This document shows, piece after piece, positions 1-12,790 of a DNA stretch of 64,000 nt. The position numbers and the translations under genes were made by a program. The notes under the pieces were generated by a model, which was not told where the DNA came from, ran no database searches, and worked only from the letters and a program-made list of their open reading frames with translations. This DNA is from Eledone cirrhosa (lineage: Eukaryota). How positions within the stretch are numbered: position 1 is the stretch's first letter; the number at the start of each line of letters is the position of its first letter. Location of the stretch: the NCBI GenBank assembly GCA_964016885.1, contig OZ024746.1:82522001-82586000 (forward strand), given 5' to 3'.

Positions 1-427
1 ACTTCTATATATATCTATCTATATATATATATATATAGACACATACGTACAGACACAAAATAGCCCTTTTCACACAGATATATATATATAAAGGGCTCGC
101 CTCAATCCCGTGCTCTCGCGTAGTGTTTAGCTAACCAGATTGTCACTGTTCTGATATAGGGCGTTTTCCTTAACACTGCTTTATTTGTTATTTCCTTTCC
201 TTTCGCTTTATTTATAAGTAGGCTTCGTTTCATTTTAAAGCTTAGTTTGTTTTGTTTTTCTTTCTGGTTCGTTGTTAAAATTCGGTAGTCCGTCACCACC
301 CCATCGCACATTTTAAGATTACTAGAATACTTCATCTGTAATATAAATTATTTCTTAATCGCATTTCTAATCAAGTTGTAAAAGTTCATTTTTAGCTTGA
401 GTTAAGTGAGTCATTGCCAACTAAATA

Positions 428-464
<37 letters not shown>

Positions 465-1074
465 ATAACCGTCTTGTATTTAGTTGGAATAACGCTAACA
501 TTGAAAATAACACGGGCGCTGCTGCTAAGATGATTGTATGTAGATTCATAACCAGACTTGAAGCAAGTCGACTCTGTCAAAAATTATTTCTGATCTTTTA
601 CACAAAATATCTCAAAATTCCCTGTGAAACGACTGGTTTAGTAAGCTTTAAGTAATAGACTTAAAATTATGATTCACGACCTCGAAGTACGTTCATTCGT
701 TTTAGGTCAAATTTATCCAACGATTTTATTATTAATGTGAGCCCTATGGCTTATTAAAAAAAAACACATCATCCTCATTATTATTATTAATATACTGGAA
801 TAATTGCTGGCCTTGTGCCAAAAGTAGAAACAATTATTATTAATATTAGGTAAATCCTCACCTTCATAGTGTAACCTATTTTTTTAATGTCCCCTCCACT
901 CGATGCCACTGGGGTAGATATATGAAATTATAATTACTATTATTTTTCTTTGACGGAAATAATATAAATATCAAAAACAAATTTTTAAGAAGGTTAGTTC
1001 AAATGAATGATCGGTTAATATGTATGTCCTCGTTTTAATGTCCGTTTTTCCTGCTAGAAAGTGTTAGACTATAT

Positions 1075-1410
1075 ATAAAGGGCAAAGAACCCCTTTGGTC
1101 ACGAATGACCATGGGATTTGCACCAAGAAAGTTTCCCTTACGAGGCACAAGTTCGGCAAGGTTGTTTGTGGAAGACAAGTAGTCGGCCATGCATACCATC
1201 CCCCCTCTCTACTCCACAGATGTCCATGAGAAAGGCAGTGGCTGATACAATTTGGCACCAATGACGTCGCAACTCATTTCTACAGCTGAGTGACCTGGCC
1301 TAAGGTGGCATAATAGTATCTTGTTCAAGGACACAAAGTCCGGTCTTGGAATCGAACTCACAACCTCATGATTGTCAGCACAATGCTCTAACTAAACCAT
1401 GTGCCTTCAC
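1075..1410 (-). mobile_element. tRNA-derived SINE (family with caaggacaca core)
   Basis: Minus-strand B-box gagttcgattcc; ctcatttctacagctgagtg...caaggacaca block shared with ~56065-56215. Confidence 0.65.
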
Positions 1411-1420
1411 ACACACACAT

Positions 1421-2293
1421 TATGTTTTGAGACTTTTTTAGGAGAGGCAGTTATAACTGTCCTAGATTATTATAATTTTAGTATATCATTACTATTCATC
1501 TAATAAACTGACCTGCCAACTTTTGTTATTTCAGAATGAAGGAGACAGCTGTAACAGCAATTTGAACATACTTTACTAAACACTGCTTGTCACAACTGAC
1601 TAGTTTACAGGATGCAGTAGGGATGTGAAGACAGTTTGGAAGCTCACTAGGCAATAAAGTTTTGTGTCAAACTGGGCAAAAATGCTACAGAAACTTATGA
1701 AATGCTCCAGACTTATGGATTAATTTATATGAGCCAGGCACGGTAGAGAGGAGGTGAGAGACAATGATATGTGTGGGAGGGAAAGAGACGTTAGAACATC
1801 AACGCTGGTTGAGAAAATTCACAATTTTCTGGATGAAGACCGTTGCGTGTCTTTAAAGACAATAAGGATATACTTTGGAGTTGGTGTGGCAACTGTGCAC
1901 AGAATTATTCATGAGGATCTGAACATGCATAAAAATGTGTGCAGAGTTTGTTCCCAAGGTGCTCAGTGACAAGAAAGGACAGAGATGGGCATCAAAACTG
2001 TCTCCAAACCCTCGCTACAGTCCAGACCTTGCTCCCTTTGACATTTGGTTGTTCCCCAAACTTCAGGAGCAATTGTTTTGAAGATATCAAGAAGATGAAG
2101 GAGTCTGTTACAAGGTCTTGGACACTTTCACTTTGAAGAACTTCCATGGAGGCCTTCATGAAGTGGTTGGAGCACTACAAGTGTGTTGAATTCAGAGGAT
2201 CCTACTTTGAAAGAGATTAGAGTTTTGTACTTCTTTGAAATTAATAAATGTCTCTCCTGAAGAAGTCTCAAAACTTCCTGAATGCACCTTATA

Positions 2294-2294
<1 letters not shown>
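1421..2294 (+). mobile_element. Decayed mariner transposon
   Basis: Translates to AIKFCVKLGKNATETYEMLQ, IIHEDLNM-K, PSLQ/SPDLAP-DIWLFPKL remnants; inverted ends ttttgagactt...ggagag / ctctcc...aagtctcaaaa. Confidence 0.85.
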
Positions 2295-2325
<31 letters not shown>

Positions 2326-2329
<4 letters not shown>

Positions 2330-2655
2330 GCATAGCTTGGAGATCAAAGAGTCGCTTCAGGTAGAGCTGCTACTTCTCTAAATTGAGAGATTACAGGTCC
2401 GATACTATGGGCATGTGGTTAGAATGTCTCGGGAAAGAATCACGACAGATTTTATGGGCAAAACCAACCGGCAAGAGACCCAGGGGTAGACTCTGAGCAA
2501 GATGGTTCGATAACATCCAAGAGCTTGGCTGGTCACTCTTGGGGATCCAGCTGGATCAGTTGGAGATGGTTGCTTCTGACAGGATCTGCTGGATGGAGTA
2601 TTTGAGGACTCTCCCCCCATAACTCTCTCAGGAATAAGTGGGTGAAGAAGAAGCA
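2326..2655 (+). mobile_element. 3' fragment of RTE-clade LINE family B
   Basis: Closely matches 46535-46847; ends ggaataagtgggtgaagaagaag. Confidence 0.85.
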
Positions 2656-2770
2656 GAAGTACCAGTTAAGTACTGGGGGGTCAATATAATTAATTGACTT
2701 TCTCCTCCCTAAATTGCTGGCCTTGTGCCAATCTTAGAATTATAATAATGTTCACTAAAACCATCTAGTG

Positions 2771-4370
2771 CATCATCATCATCATCATCATCATTTTACG
2801 TCTGTTGTTTTATGCTTACATGGGTTGCAGAGGTCTTCTCCAGCATTGCATCTCCCCACTCGTTGCAGTTCTTTGAATCTTCTCTGTGTGCTTCAGTGAT
2901 TTGAGATCACCTCTCACATCTGCACAGGTCTTCCTCTACTGCAGCCTCCTTCCACTGGAATTTCTTAGTGCTTCTTCACTCAATGATCATCATCCATTAG
3001 CATTGCATGCTCATTTCATTTCTCTCTAGCCTTCACATATCCTTTGCATTCATTACCCATGTTGCACTGTCATGCAACATCACACTTCACACATAGGCAT
3101 CATAGAGCTGGCCTTTCTTTCATTGAGAAAAACCTTTTATTGTCAACAGAGGTAGTAGTTCCCTGAACTTTTTTCATCCTGTTATTGTCCTAGCTACTAT
3201 GCTCCCAATTCAACCTCTTCCACTGCTAATTATATTATCTAAGTAGCAAAAACTATCAACCACTTCTATGGATCTTTCTTAGGATTAGAAAAAGTTTATT
3301 TCACTTATACTCTTACTACCAACTATCCCTGTACATCTGCCACATACAAAGTCTACCATTTATCTTAGTCTTACTGCTATCCCACTGTACCCAAGATTTA
3401 CATTGTGTACATCATATAGAGTTTCTATTAACCCTTTTTTTACATATCAAACAAGGCTACTTCCCTGATGGGATAAGAGTTCTGTCTTCTTTCCTACTTA
3501 CCAAAACTTTGATTTTTCCCAAATTTATTCTAAGCACCTTTGACACTAGTTTTTGTTTCCAAAGTCAGAATTTCTTCTCTAGCTCTTCCATAGATTTGGT
3601 TATGAGAATCAGGCCATCAGAATACAGAAGTTCCCATAGACAGCCTGCCTTAAACTCCTCTATTATGATCTGGAGAACTATGATAAACAGGACTGAGCCC
3701 TAATGATCACACACCTGCACATTGAATTCCTCACTAAACTCATTACCTATTCTTATCTTACTGACAGTTCTTCTGTACATGACCTGCACTGACTTTACAA
3801 GTCATTTTTCTACACCTAGTTTCCTTATTGACCTCCAGATGACAGATTGTAGGTACTCTGTCAAAGCCATTCTCGAGACCAACAAAAGCTAGATATAGTG
3901 GCTTACACTTAGCTATGGACTTGTAGTGGTCTCACTAAAAAGAGGGAATATGTGGTACTCCTCTCTGGCACAAAAGCAAACTGCATCTCATCTAATTTGA
4001 CTCTTTCTTGATTTTGTTGTGCTAAAACTCTGTCACTTTCATAATTTGGTCCATTAGTTTTATGCCCCTGTAGTTGCTCCGCTCTAGCACCTCACATTTT
4101 CCCTTGTAACAATTAATGAGTATATTGCTATGCCAGCTATTGGGTATAACCACATGTATTACTTGATTGATTATGTTCAACTCCTCAGTGACTATCTCTG
4201 CAAACCAGTGGCTTTACCATTTTTTATCCCCTTGATTGCTTCTTTGACCCTATAACTATCAATTTTGATAGCTTGCTTCTTTGTTGGATCAGCTGGTGGT
4301 AGTCTCTCTTCCTCCTACTCATTCTCCACATTCACCAAACCTCTTGTAATAGCATTTCCAGGTTTCTTTT
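2771..4370 (-). mobile_element. Decayed RTE-clade LINE (family A related)
   Basis: Homologous to the RT region of 27410-29590 (aaactgcatctcatct, tgcccctgtagtt); (CAT)n tail at 2771. Confidence 0.8.
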
Positions 4371-4468
4371 ATACAAAAATCCCACAGTGTACTGTCTTGT
4401 GCTGTCTTAAATGTTTTCTTTTTGTAAACTCTTTGTAGTTAATAAAGAAATCATTATTAATATTATTA

Positions 4469-4795
4469 GCGTTCAAATCCCGCCAAGGTTAACTTTGACT
4501 TTCTTCCTTACGGGGTTGATAAAATAAAGTACCACTGGGATAATTGCTGGCCTTGTGCCTAAAGTAGAAACAATTATTATTAGTGTGGTGGATTGGCAGT
4601 ATTGGTAGAGCGTCGGACAGCATGTTTGTGGCATATGTTTATGGCCCTTTACGTTCTGAGTTCAAACTTCTTCGAGGTTAGCTTTGCCTTTCATCCTTCG
4701 GGGTCGATAGAATAATGTACCAGTAACACACTGAGGTTGATTTAATCGATTTTCCCCTCCCCCCAAAATTCTGGTCTTGTGCCTATGGTAGAAAC

Positions 4796-4825
<30 letters not shown>
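4469..4825 (+). mobile_element. Two tandem tRNA-derived SINEs (Meta/MESC-like central domain, (ATT)n tail)
   Basis: A-box tggcagtattggtagagcg, B-box gagttcaaa, core gcctttcatccttcggggtcgata..aagtacc, tail gtagaaac(att)n. More copies at ~793, 2660, 6910, 8066, 9447-9862, 10262-11230, 14050, 15850, 16700, 24808. Domain name from memory. Confidence 0.8.
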
Positions 4826-4826
<1 letters not shown>

Positions 4827-5759
4827 TAACTGTGTAGAGATCAGCTGTTGGTATATCAATTCAGTGCAAATATGATGGCTTAATTGAGCTGCTGTGGTAT
4901 TATATTCAAACTCTTAGCTGTCTGTTACAGAGTAATCCTGACTGACTGACTGACTGACTGACCTGTCTGCTGCTGACATACAAAATTTGAACTAGAAAGC
5001 CCTAAAAACATTCTGAGTTTCTAGCCTAGAATTTAGGTCACTGATCTTGTTATTCACCATGAAGTTCTTTAGGGAATTATAAAGAAGGTTTAATCTCTGG
5101 CTTTTTTCTCCTTTTCTTTCCCTTTTAATCTTCCTATCTATTTATCTGTTTATTAATTTATCTTGCTACCAAATTAGCTATCTATCTATATAAAGAAAGT
5201 TATCTATTTTTTGCCTCTCTGCTGTATTGCTGTCTATCTAGCTATCTATATCTATATATGTATGCTTTTCTGACTATCTATCTACTTCTTTCCCATCTCT
5301 TTCTCTTTATATAAGCATATATATATATGTATATATATGATGGAATCTTCTGTCAAGGTATTATTTATAAATATATATATATTATGTTATATGTGTGTAT
5401 GTGTATGCTTGTATATATGTGTGTGTGTGTTCATTTATATTAATATATAGATATACTTAATCAATTCCATGTGATCAAAGCTGATGACATTGGTTGAAAT
5501 AAGCATAATAGCATAGAAGCTGAGTTGTTTGGATAGTGTTGGTCAATTGTGGAAATAACAAAGCTTGAGCATATTAATTTTATAAATTGTTGAAGAGATG
5601 TGAAGTTTGATGTTAAGTAGATGGTTTGCAAGTGCACATAGTAATGTTGATGAAGAGCTGACAAGAAATGTCAGATGAAACAAAAAGCTTCAATTTATTT
5701 CTAATAGAAGAGAGAATGTGTATGTGTATAAACATACTCTTTTCTTAGTCTTAGCTATC

Positions 5760-5916
5760 TTTCTATTTCTTATCTCTCTCATTTTATCTTCTGATGAAGA
5801 ACTAACATCCAAAATGTTAAGAGTTTTTTCCTACTATATCAAACATTAAACTAAAATCTATATCATCATTGTATTGCATTGTTCTTCCATGTTGCTTTAC
5901 CTTGTTGACTTTGCTC

Positions 5917-5920
<4 letters not shown>
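5760..5920 (+). mobile_element. Penelope-like terminal fragment with degenerate hammerhead-like core
   Basis: ctt-CTGATGA-agaactaacatcc-aaaa-tgttaag at 5791; lies between TA/TG microsatellites. Confidence 0.45.
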
Positions 5921-5958
<38 letters not shown>

Positions 5959-6129
5959 CAAGAGATTGGGAAATACACATGGAAAAATCGCTTTTAATCT
6001 GCAGTAGAGGATTCCACCTCTCTACCCACAATGGAATACATTCAGTACTTCCTATAAAATGGTAATGAACAGATTGTAACAACAAAAGGTAGAGAGGGCT
6101 CTTTGGCCCTGTAGAGGATTTGACAACCT

Positions 6130-6430
6130 CTCTAGTGTTAGTGCCATGACAAAAATACATCCAGTACATACATCATTGGTAACCAGAATACAGACAGCAC
6201 AGTGTAGCAAGGACTCTTCAGTCTTGCAGAGTATATGTCAACCTCTCTAGAGCTGGTTTCACAATAAAATGCCCCCAGTAAATTCTTGTTGGCATTAGGA
6301 AGGGCATCCAGTCATAGAAACCATGCCAAAATATAGAATGTTTGAGCAAGACATGACACTGAGATCATGTTGACCCACCCAACTAATGCAAGCATTGAAG
6401 CAGATGTATAACAATGATGATGATGATGAT
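6130..6430 (+). mobile_element. RTE-tail-related SINE/LINE 3' end (ggaagggcatccag family)
   Basis: ggcattaggaagggcatccagtcatagaaacc motif and (GAT)n tail; relatives near 18720, 25780, 29730-30110, 34600, 37800, 44200, 49540, 50300, 51720, 63500. Confidence 0.7.
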
Positions 6431-6655
6431 ATATTTGGTCTAGATTTATTTCTTAGTTATAATTTTCAGGTTTTGTTGATTAGACATGAATTATTTAGTG
6501 GTTGATTTGCTTGTGGTAGATATAGCTTTATGTTAAAAGGTGAGTTTTGTGGCTGAGTAAATGTATTTATGTGGTGAGTCTTGGTTAATTTAGGTTTGTG
6601 GTACTTGTCAATCATTCTGTTGTTGGGTGGGGTTGTGAGAGAAAACTTTATATAT

Positions 6656-6870
6656 ATCTTTATTATATATAGAAATTACTTCTACATGACTAGAACTGTT
6701 TCATACGTATGAAATCATCAGGACATTTCCAATGATTTCATACAAATGAAACTGTTCTAGTACTGTAGAAGTCATTTCTATATATAATAAAGATGACTAT
6801 ACTCTACCAATGTATTGAGTACCTCTTTTAAACTCTAGTTACCCCGACACAACTCAAGAATCTTGTTATT
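6656..6870. repeat. Fold-back inverted repeat (arms ~68 bp, 6656-6794), Penelope-like end
   Basis: atctttattatatatagaaa...tcatcagga mirrored by tcc...tttctatatataataaagat; minus strand reads CTGATGA...GAAAC. Confidence 0.8.
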
Positions 6871-8878
6871 GTATACATATATATACATGCTTTCCCCCCA
6901 TTCATTGTTCAATAAAATATAGTACCAGTTAATGTAGATCGATATAATAAACTATATCCTTCCCCACACAAGATGTGGCCTTGTGCCTGTATTAGAAAGG
7001 TATATTTGCACTCGTTTTTCTTAAAATAGTTACAAATTATGTTTTTTTTTATTTGAAGCTGCGAGATAATCTTTAATCTGTGGCCTGTTTGTATATATTG
7101 CAAAGAAGGAATTCTGTTAGATAGATGTCTTTATTTTCTTTGTTTTCTAGTTAAGCTCGAAAAACTTGTTATTATTTTTATTATTTCACACCCTTTTTCT
7201 TTAGTTTATTACCCTCCCTCTCTCTCACAAACTACTTCACTTCTCTCTCGTGTCTCAGTCTCTTTTTGTTGCAGCCTGTCTCCGTTTTCACCTTTCCCTT
7301 TCTCTCAGTTTTCACCTTTTCTGTCTCTGGTTCTTTGTTACATTCTGTCAGTATGTGTCTCTGCCTGTTTTTTTATTTTATTTTATTCTACCTTTCTTTA
7401 TCTTTACTTCTGTTTTACCTTATTGTATCTCCCTATCTCTTTTTTCAGTCTACCTAACTACCTATCTACCTCTGTTTATCTATTCGTCTTTTTTCTCTGT
7501 ATTCATCCACAAAAAATTTAATTTTCAATTTTGTACATTTTATGAGCACACCTTCAAATAATTCAATATTCACATTATGGAATGAATTATATTCTCATAC
7601 TGCTTATAGTCACATTTTGAGACTGCAATTTGTGTGAAAATTCACTTATACTTTCTCACACAAAGCTCTCGACACAGATGCTAGCCCGACGAGAAACAAC
7701 AGCCCCTAAAATAACTCTTAAATTATATTCTTCCATCTAAAAAAAAAAAAAAGACACATTGTAGTCCGGTGTACACTTTGCATGAATAAAAAAAAAAATG
7801 GAATAGTCGTGGGTGGAATGCTCTTGATCATAGGTCTCCTCAAGCAGTGCTAATTTAGGAATAAATAACTTGAATTAAAGTCCAACGAAAATAGCTTTAG
7901 ATTTAATTTTCAATTTTGTACATTTCAATGATATTTTTAAAAAGCAATAACTCAAGTAATATCTCACTGTAAAGAATTCTGCTCCCGAAGAAACCTTATT
8001 TTCCTTTTCTTTTGATTTTATAAATACAAATAAATATGGTATTTCATTTTTTTCTCCCCTTTTTACAATAATTGTTTCTACTTTTGACACAAGGCCAGCA
8101 ATTATCCCAGTGCATTACTGGTACTTTATTTTATCGACCCCGTAAGAATGAAAGGCAAAGTTAACCTTTTTTACAATAATGACGAAAGTGAAAGAGCGAA
8201 GAGAATCGAAGAACGACAGCGTATGAGAGGCGCGCACGCCCGCATGAAGTGAAGAGCAGTGGAACAAAGAAGGTGGAGGTGATTATACGAAGCATCTACA
8301 AAGAACGCAAGAGAAGAAAGAACGATTGAAAGAGAAAGTAAGATTGAGACTGAGAAACCAACACACACACAGAAAGAAAACCAGATGAAAAAAAAAAAAA
8401 AGATTGCAGGACGGAAGAGATATTAGGGCACACAGCGACAGACTAAGAATCGTATAGTCGAGAGAAAGAACTAAAAGAAACAACTGTGGTAGAAAGTGTA
8501 TGAAATTTAGAAATAAAACAATAAACAGAAAATAATTAAACAAAGAACGAAAATGATAAAGGAAGAGAGAGAGCTAGAAACATCTAGAGAGAGAGAGAGA
8601 GAGAGACGGCTGGTTTGAATTTTTTAAATATGAATAGTTTGCAGACATAGGAGGGTTGGATTAATGCTGCCACCTGCTCACGAAATTTCAATACACAGCC
8701 GGGGCGAGCTATCGACAGCTGAACAATTTCGTGTTGGGCAGACAGTATACTACGACCACTTGGTTAAATGTTAGATGATATCAACTATGGTAAGCTAATA
8801 GTGACACAACGAGAAGAAAGAAAAGAAAAGAAAACGAAAACAATAAAAGATATACTTATTCCCTATTGATTGAGCCCG

Positions 8879-8879
<1 letters not shown>

Positions 8880-8914
<35 letters not shown>

Positions 8915-9420
8915 GTATGTATATGTATTTATATGTATATATATATACATATATATATACGCATGTATATGTATATATATATATATATACATATATATCC
9001 ATAATATATATATATATACATAGTATATATATATATATATACATACATATAAATACATTAACATACGTATATATATATATCTGTATATATATACACATAT
9101 ATGTATGTATGTATATATATGTATGTGTATGTATATGTATGTATATATATGTATATATATATATATGTATGTATATATATATATATGTATGTATATGTAT
9201 ATCTATATATATATATGTATATATATATATGTACATATATGTATGTATATATATTTATGTATGTATATATATGTATGTATATAGCTATGTATATATGCAT
9301 GTGTATGTATATCTATATATGTTTGTATGTATACACATATACATACAAACCTATATATGTATGAATATGTATACATATATATGTATATATATATACATAT
9401 ATATGTGTGTGTGTACACGC
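8880..9420. repeat. Complex (TA)n/(TATG)n microsatellite
   Basis: Directly visible; explains the YI/CMY-rich pseudo-ORFs. Confidence 0.98.
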
Positions 9421-9424
9421 ACAC

Positions 9425-9675
9425 ATTAATGTACATAATTTTGGATAAAATAATTGTTTGTACTTTTGGCACAAGGCCAGCAATTATCCCAGTGTATTAC
9501 TGGTACTTTATTTTATCGACCTCGTAAGGATGAAAGGCAAAGTTAACCTCGGCGAGATTTTGCCTTTCATCCTTACGGGGTCGATAAAATAAAGTACCAG
9601 TAATACACTGGGATAATTGCTGGTCTTGTGCCAAAAGTAGAAACAATTATTTTATCCAAAATGATGTACATTAAT
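9425..9675. repeat. Fold-back inverted duplication of a SINE 3' half plus flank (117-bp arms, 17-bp loop)
   Basis: 9425-9541 is the reverse complement of 9559-9675 with about 4 mismatches. Confidence 0.92.
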
Positions 9676-10261
9676 ATATATGTATATATATATATATACA
9701 TGTATATATATATATATACATACATACATATATACATATACATACATACATATATACATATACATACATATAAAATAATTGTTTCTACTTTTGGCACAAG
9801 GCCAGCAATTACTCGGTGCATTACTGCTGCTTTATTTTATCGACCCCGTAAGGATGAAAGGCAATCGAAATAATGATTTGTAAGCAGGCATGTCAGAGTT
9901 TTGTGACTTTTAGTGTATAATGTAACTTACACACACCATAAATACAATAATAACAAACGACGATATAATATATTGTTTGATGTGGTTGTGCGTTGAAATA
10001 TACAAGCGGAATTTTATAATAGATGCAAACAAAACTTCACTCAGTAAATTGTTTGATATAACGAAGTCGTTTGATAGACTAAACTTATTTTGCTTTATCT
10101 TCCCTTTGTTATTATTTTTTTTATTACCTTTTTGTAATTTTTCGTTCCAACTTTCAATAAACATTCTACAGCGTTTTAGCTGTAGATAATTCAAATTCTT
10201 TTCGGACACTTGAGTATGTTCGTGGGGTATTTTTTTTATAGGTGTGTTGGGGAGAGGGTTA

Positions 10262-11230
10262 ATAATAATAATAATGGATTCTGATTTTGGCACAAGGACA
10301 GCAATTTTTTTTTGGGGGGGGGGGGGTCGATTAAATTGACCTTAGTGCATCACTGGCACTTTATTTTATCGACCCCCGTAAGGATGAAAAACAAAGCTAA
10401 CTTCGGCGGGATTTGAACCCAGAACGTAAAGGCTGTAACTCTGCCGCGAAGCATGGTGTCCGACGCTCTACCGATAATAATAATAATAATGGTTTCTGAT
10501 TTAGGCACAAGGCCAAGGAGGAGGGAAAGTCGATTAAATCGACCCCAGTACGTTACTGGTACTTTATTTTATCGACCCTCGGCGGAATTTGAACTCAGAA
10601 CGTAAAGGGCCATAACTCTATGTCATAAACCATGTTGTCCGACGCTCTATAGAATAATTGTTATGGTATTATGCAATAAGAGAGACGATGTCTAAAGTAT
10701 CACTTTCACTATTGCAACACTCTTATCTGGATCCGGAAAACCGTTTCTGTTCAAGTGTTCAAGTTTAGATTCAGACCTAGGACTCAAACCTAATTATTAC
10801 TTGGCAAATAGGCGGTGGAAGCAGTATCGATAGAGCGTCAGACACCATGCTTTGAGTTCAAATCCCACCGAGGTTAACTTTGCCTTTCATCCTTACGGGG
10901 TCGATAAAATAAAGTACCAGTAATGCAGTGGGTAATTGGTGGCGTTGTGCCAAAAGTAGAAACAATTAATACCTGGCAGATAATTTTAGATTTCATTAGT
11001 AAAATATTTGTCTTTTATTATTGTTTTTAAAAGGGTGGATGATTTAGCGAAATCGTTAGAGCATCCGACAAAATGTTTTTGGTATTTGTTATGTCTTTTA
11101 CATTCCGAGGTCAACTTTTCCTTTCATCGTTTCGGGGATCGATAAAATAGAATACCACTCTAGTACTGTGATCTTTTTAATCAACTTTCCCCAGCCTAAA
11201 TAACTGGCATTGTGTATAGATTTGAAATTA
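10262..11230. mobile_element. Cluster of four Meta/MESC-like SINEs (two minus, two plus)
   Basis: Copies at ~10262-10475(-), 10476-10650(-), 10808-10970(+), 11035-11230(+) with shared core and tails. Confidence 0.85.
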
Positions 11231-11399
11231 TTCAGTTAAAAGTTAATTCACCGAACCTGTCATAATTCTTGACTATTTTAATAATTAAAATACAAAGGTA
11301 GTATATTCTCATTAGAAATAAAACCACAAGAGGGTTACAAAAAGTGCATGATTTCAATGCATTGAATATAGTAAACGCAACTTAATTATTCTTTTTCGT

Positions 11400-11935
11400 G
11401 CAGGTGGTGACTGTGAGTAAATGAAGCTCAGTTGCACTCTATCGAGTAATGTTACTCCAAAGACTTTGCACCGGGGTATTTAATCATCTGTCAAATCGCA
11501 ACAAGGACTTCGGACAGATAATAATTTCCTCAAAATGTGCGCAGTACCTAGCAGAACCATCTTTTGTATGACACCCATCCTGTATGATATTTCCTCTCGC
11601 TTTAAGAAGTCTTGAAGTTTCAATGGGGTTGACCCTTGTGCCTCGATCACAACTGGTATCACTTTCACATTATCCTCTTGCATTCCAAATAGCCTTGACA
11701 GCTCCACTTTCAATTCAGAGTAATTAGTGATTTTTTCAACCTCCTTACTTGTAATATTCGTGACATTTGGTATGACCATATCGATGATATGACAGTATTT
11801 GTCTTTCTCGTTCAACACGGCAATGTCCGGTCGGCGATGCTTAATTATTCTATTACATTATTGGCATCCATCGGTCACAAAAGACCATGGATCTGCGCCT
11901 GGAGAATTTTGTGTCAGCTACTAACGGCGGTGCAG
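11400..11935 (-). mobile_element. 3' fragment of an R4/Dong-like non-LTR retrotransposon (restriction-like endonuclease)
   Basis: IKHRRPDIAVLNEKDKYCHIIDMVIP...EKITNYSEL...VIPVVI..QG...IQKMVLLGTAHILRKLL matches the RPD..D..K..KY RLE C-terminus (ORF 11480..11818). Confidence 0.85.
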
Positions 11936-12049
11936 TGTCTGCTGTGGCTGTATAGGCCCACACAGAAGTAGCAGTCCTGTTTACAGCGACTGCATTTGAA
12001 GACGCTCTCCTCCGCTGCTACTACATTTCCCTTTGGCGCAGGCCTGGTC

Positions 12050-12090
<41 letters not shown>

Positions 12091-12199
12091 ACTTTATCGT
12101 TTGGGACTTAAGCAATTTGCAGAAGTCTCAACTTTAAGAACATATTTAGTGAACCAATTTTTTAGGCGCAGGCATGGCCATATCATTAAGAAGTTCGTT

Positions 12200-12520
12200 G
12201 CCTTGAAGCATGTGGAGGAGTTCAAGAATTTCGGAGTCGTGTTCACAATTGGTGGAAAGCGGAAGGCTGAATTAAGAGCGAGAATTGCAGGAATGTACCG
12301 GCTTCAGTATTCGGTCATCAGAAGAAGGGAGGTGGGTTTAAAAGCCAAACTCTCCAATTTGGTATTCATGACTATCCTTACCTAAGGTCATGAATCTTGG
12401 GTAATGACCGAAAGAATACGCTCGCAAATCCAAGCGGTAAAAATGGGGTACCTCCGAAGGGTATTTGGAGTAACATTACTCGATAGAATGTATAGCCCGG
12501 AGATTAGAGTCATTCCAGTT
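12200..12520 (+). mobile_element. RTE LINE family B internal fragment
   Basis: Matches 46230-46560 (LKHVEEFKNFGVVFT; ggtcatgaatcttgggtaa). Confidence 0.85.
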
Positions 12521-12639
12521 GCCTCTATACTGTATATATACAGATATAACATTATTGTATAATTCAGCTGCTTCGTATATTAGTTGAGAACTATTCTCTC
12601 TCGTTTGTAAATTGAAACGCACACACATATAATGAACAG

Positions 12640-12790
12640 AGGCTTAACGTTTCGGACACTAGTCCTTCATCAGAATATAGAATGAAAAATATAAGATGAA
12701 ATAGAAAGGTAAAGAATGAAAAGATGAAGAAACGGGAAAAAATTGAGAAAAAACACAGGTGCGTACTCAATCAGCCATTTTGGAGATCTA
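12640..12790 (-). mobile_element. Penelope-like fragment with hammerhead-like core
   Basis: Minus strand 12673-12645: CTGATGA-A-GGAC-TAGT-GTCC-GAAA-CGTTA with perfect 4-bp stem II. Confidence 0.6.

Noticed and set aside
8856-9527. Long YI/CMY-rich ORFs (up to 187 aa) on both strands
   Set aside because: Translations of TA/TATG microsatellite; the same applies to ORFs near 13034-13444, 20708-21034 and 30586-30819.
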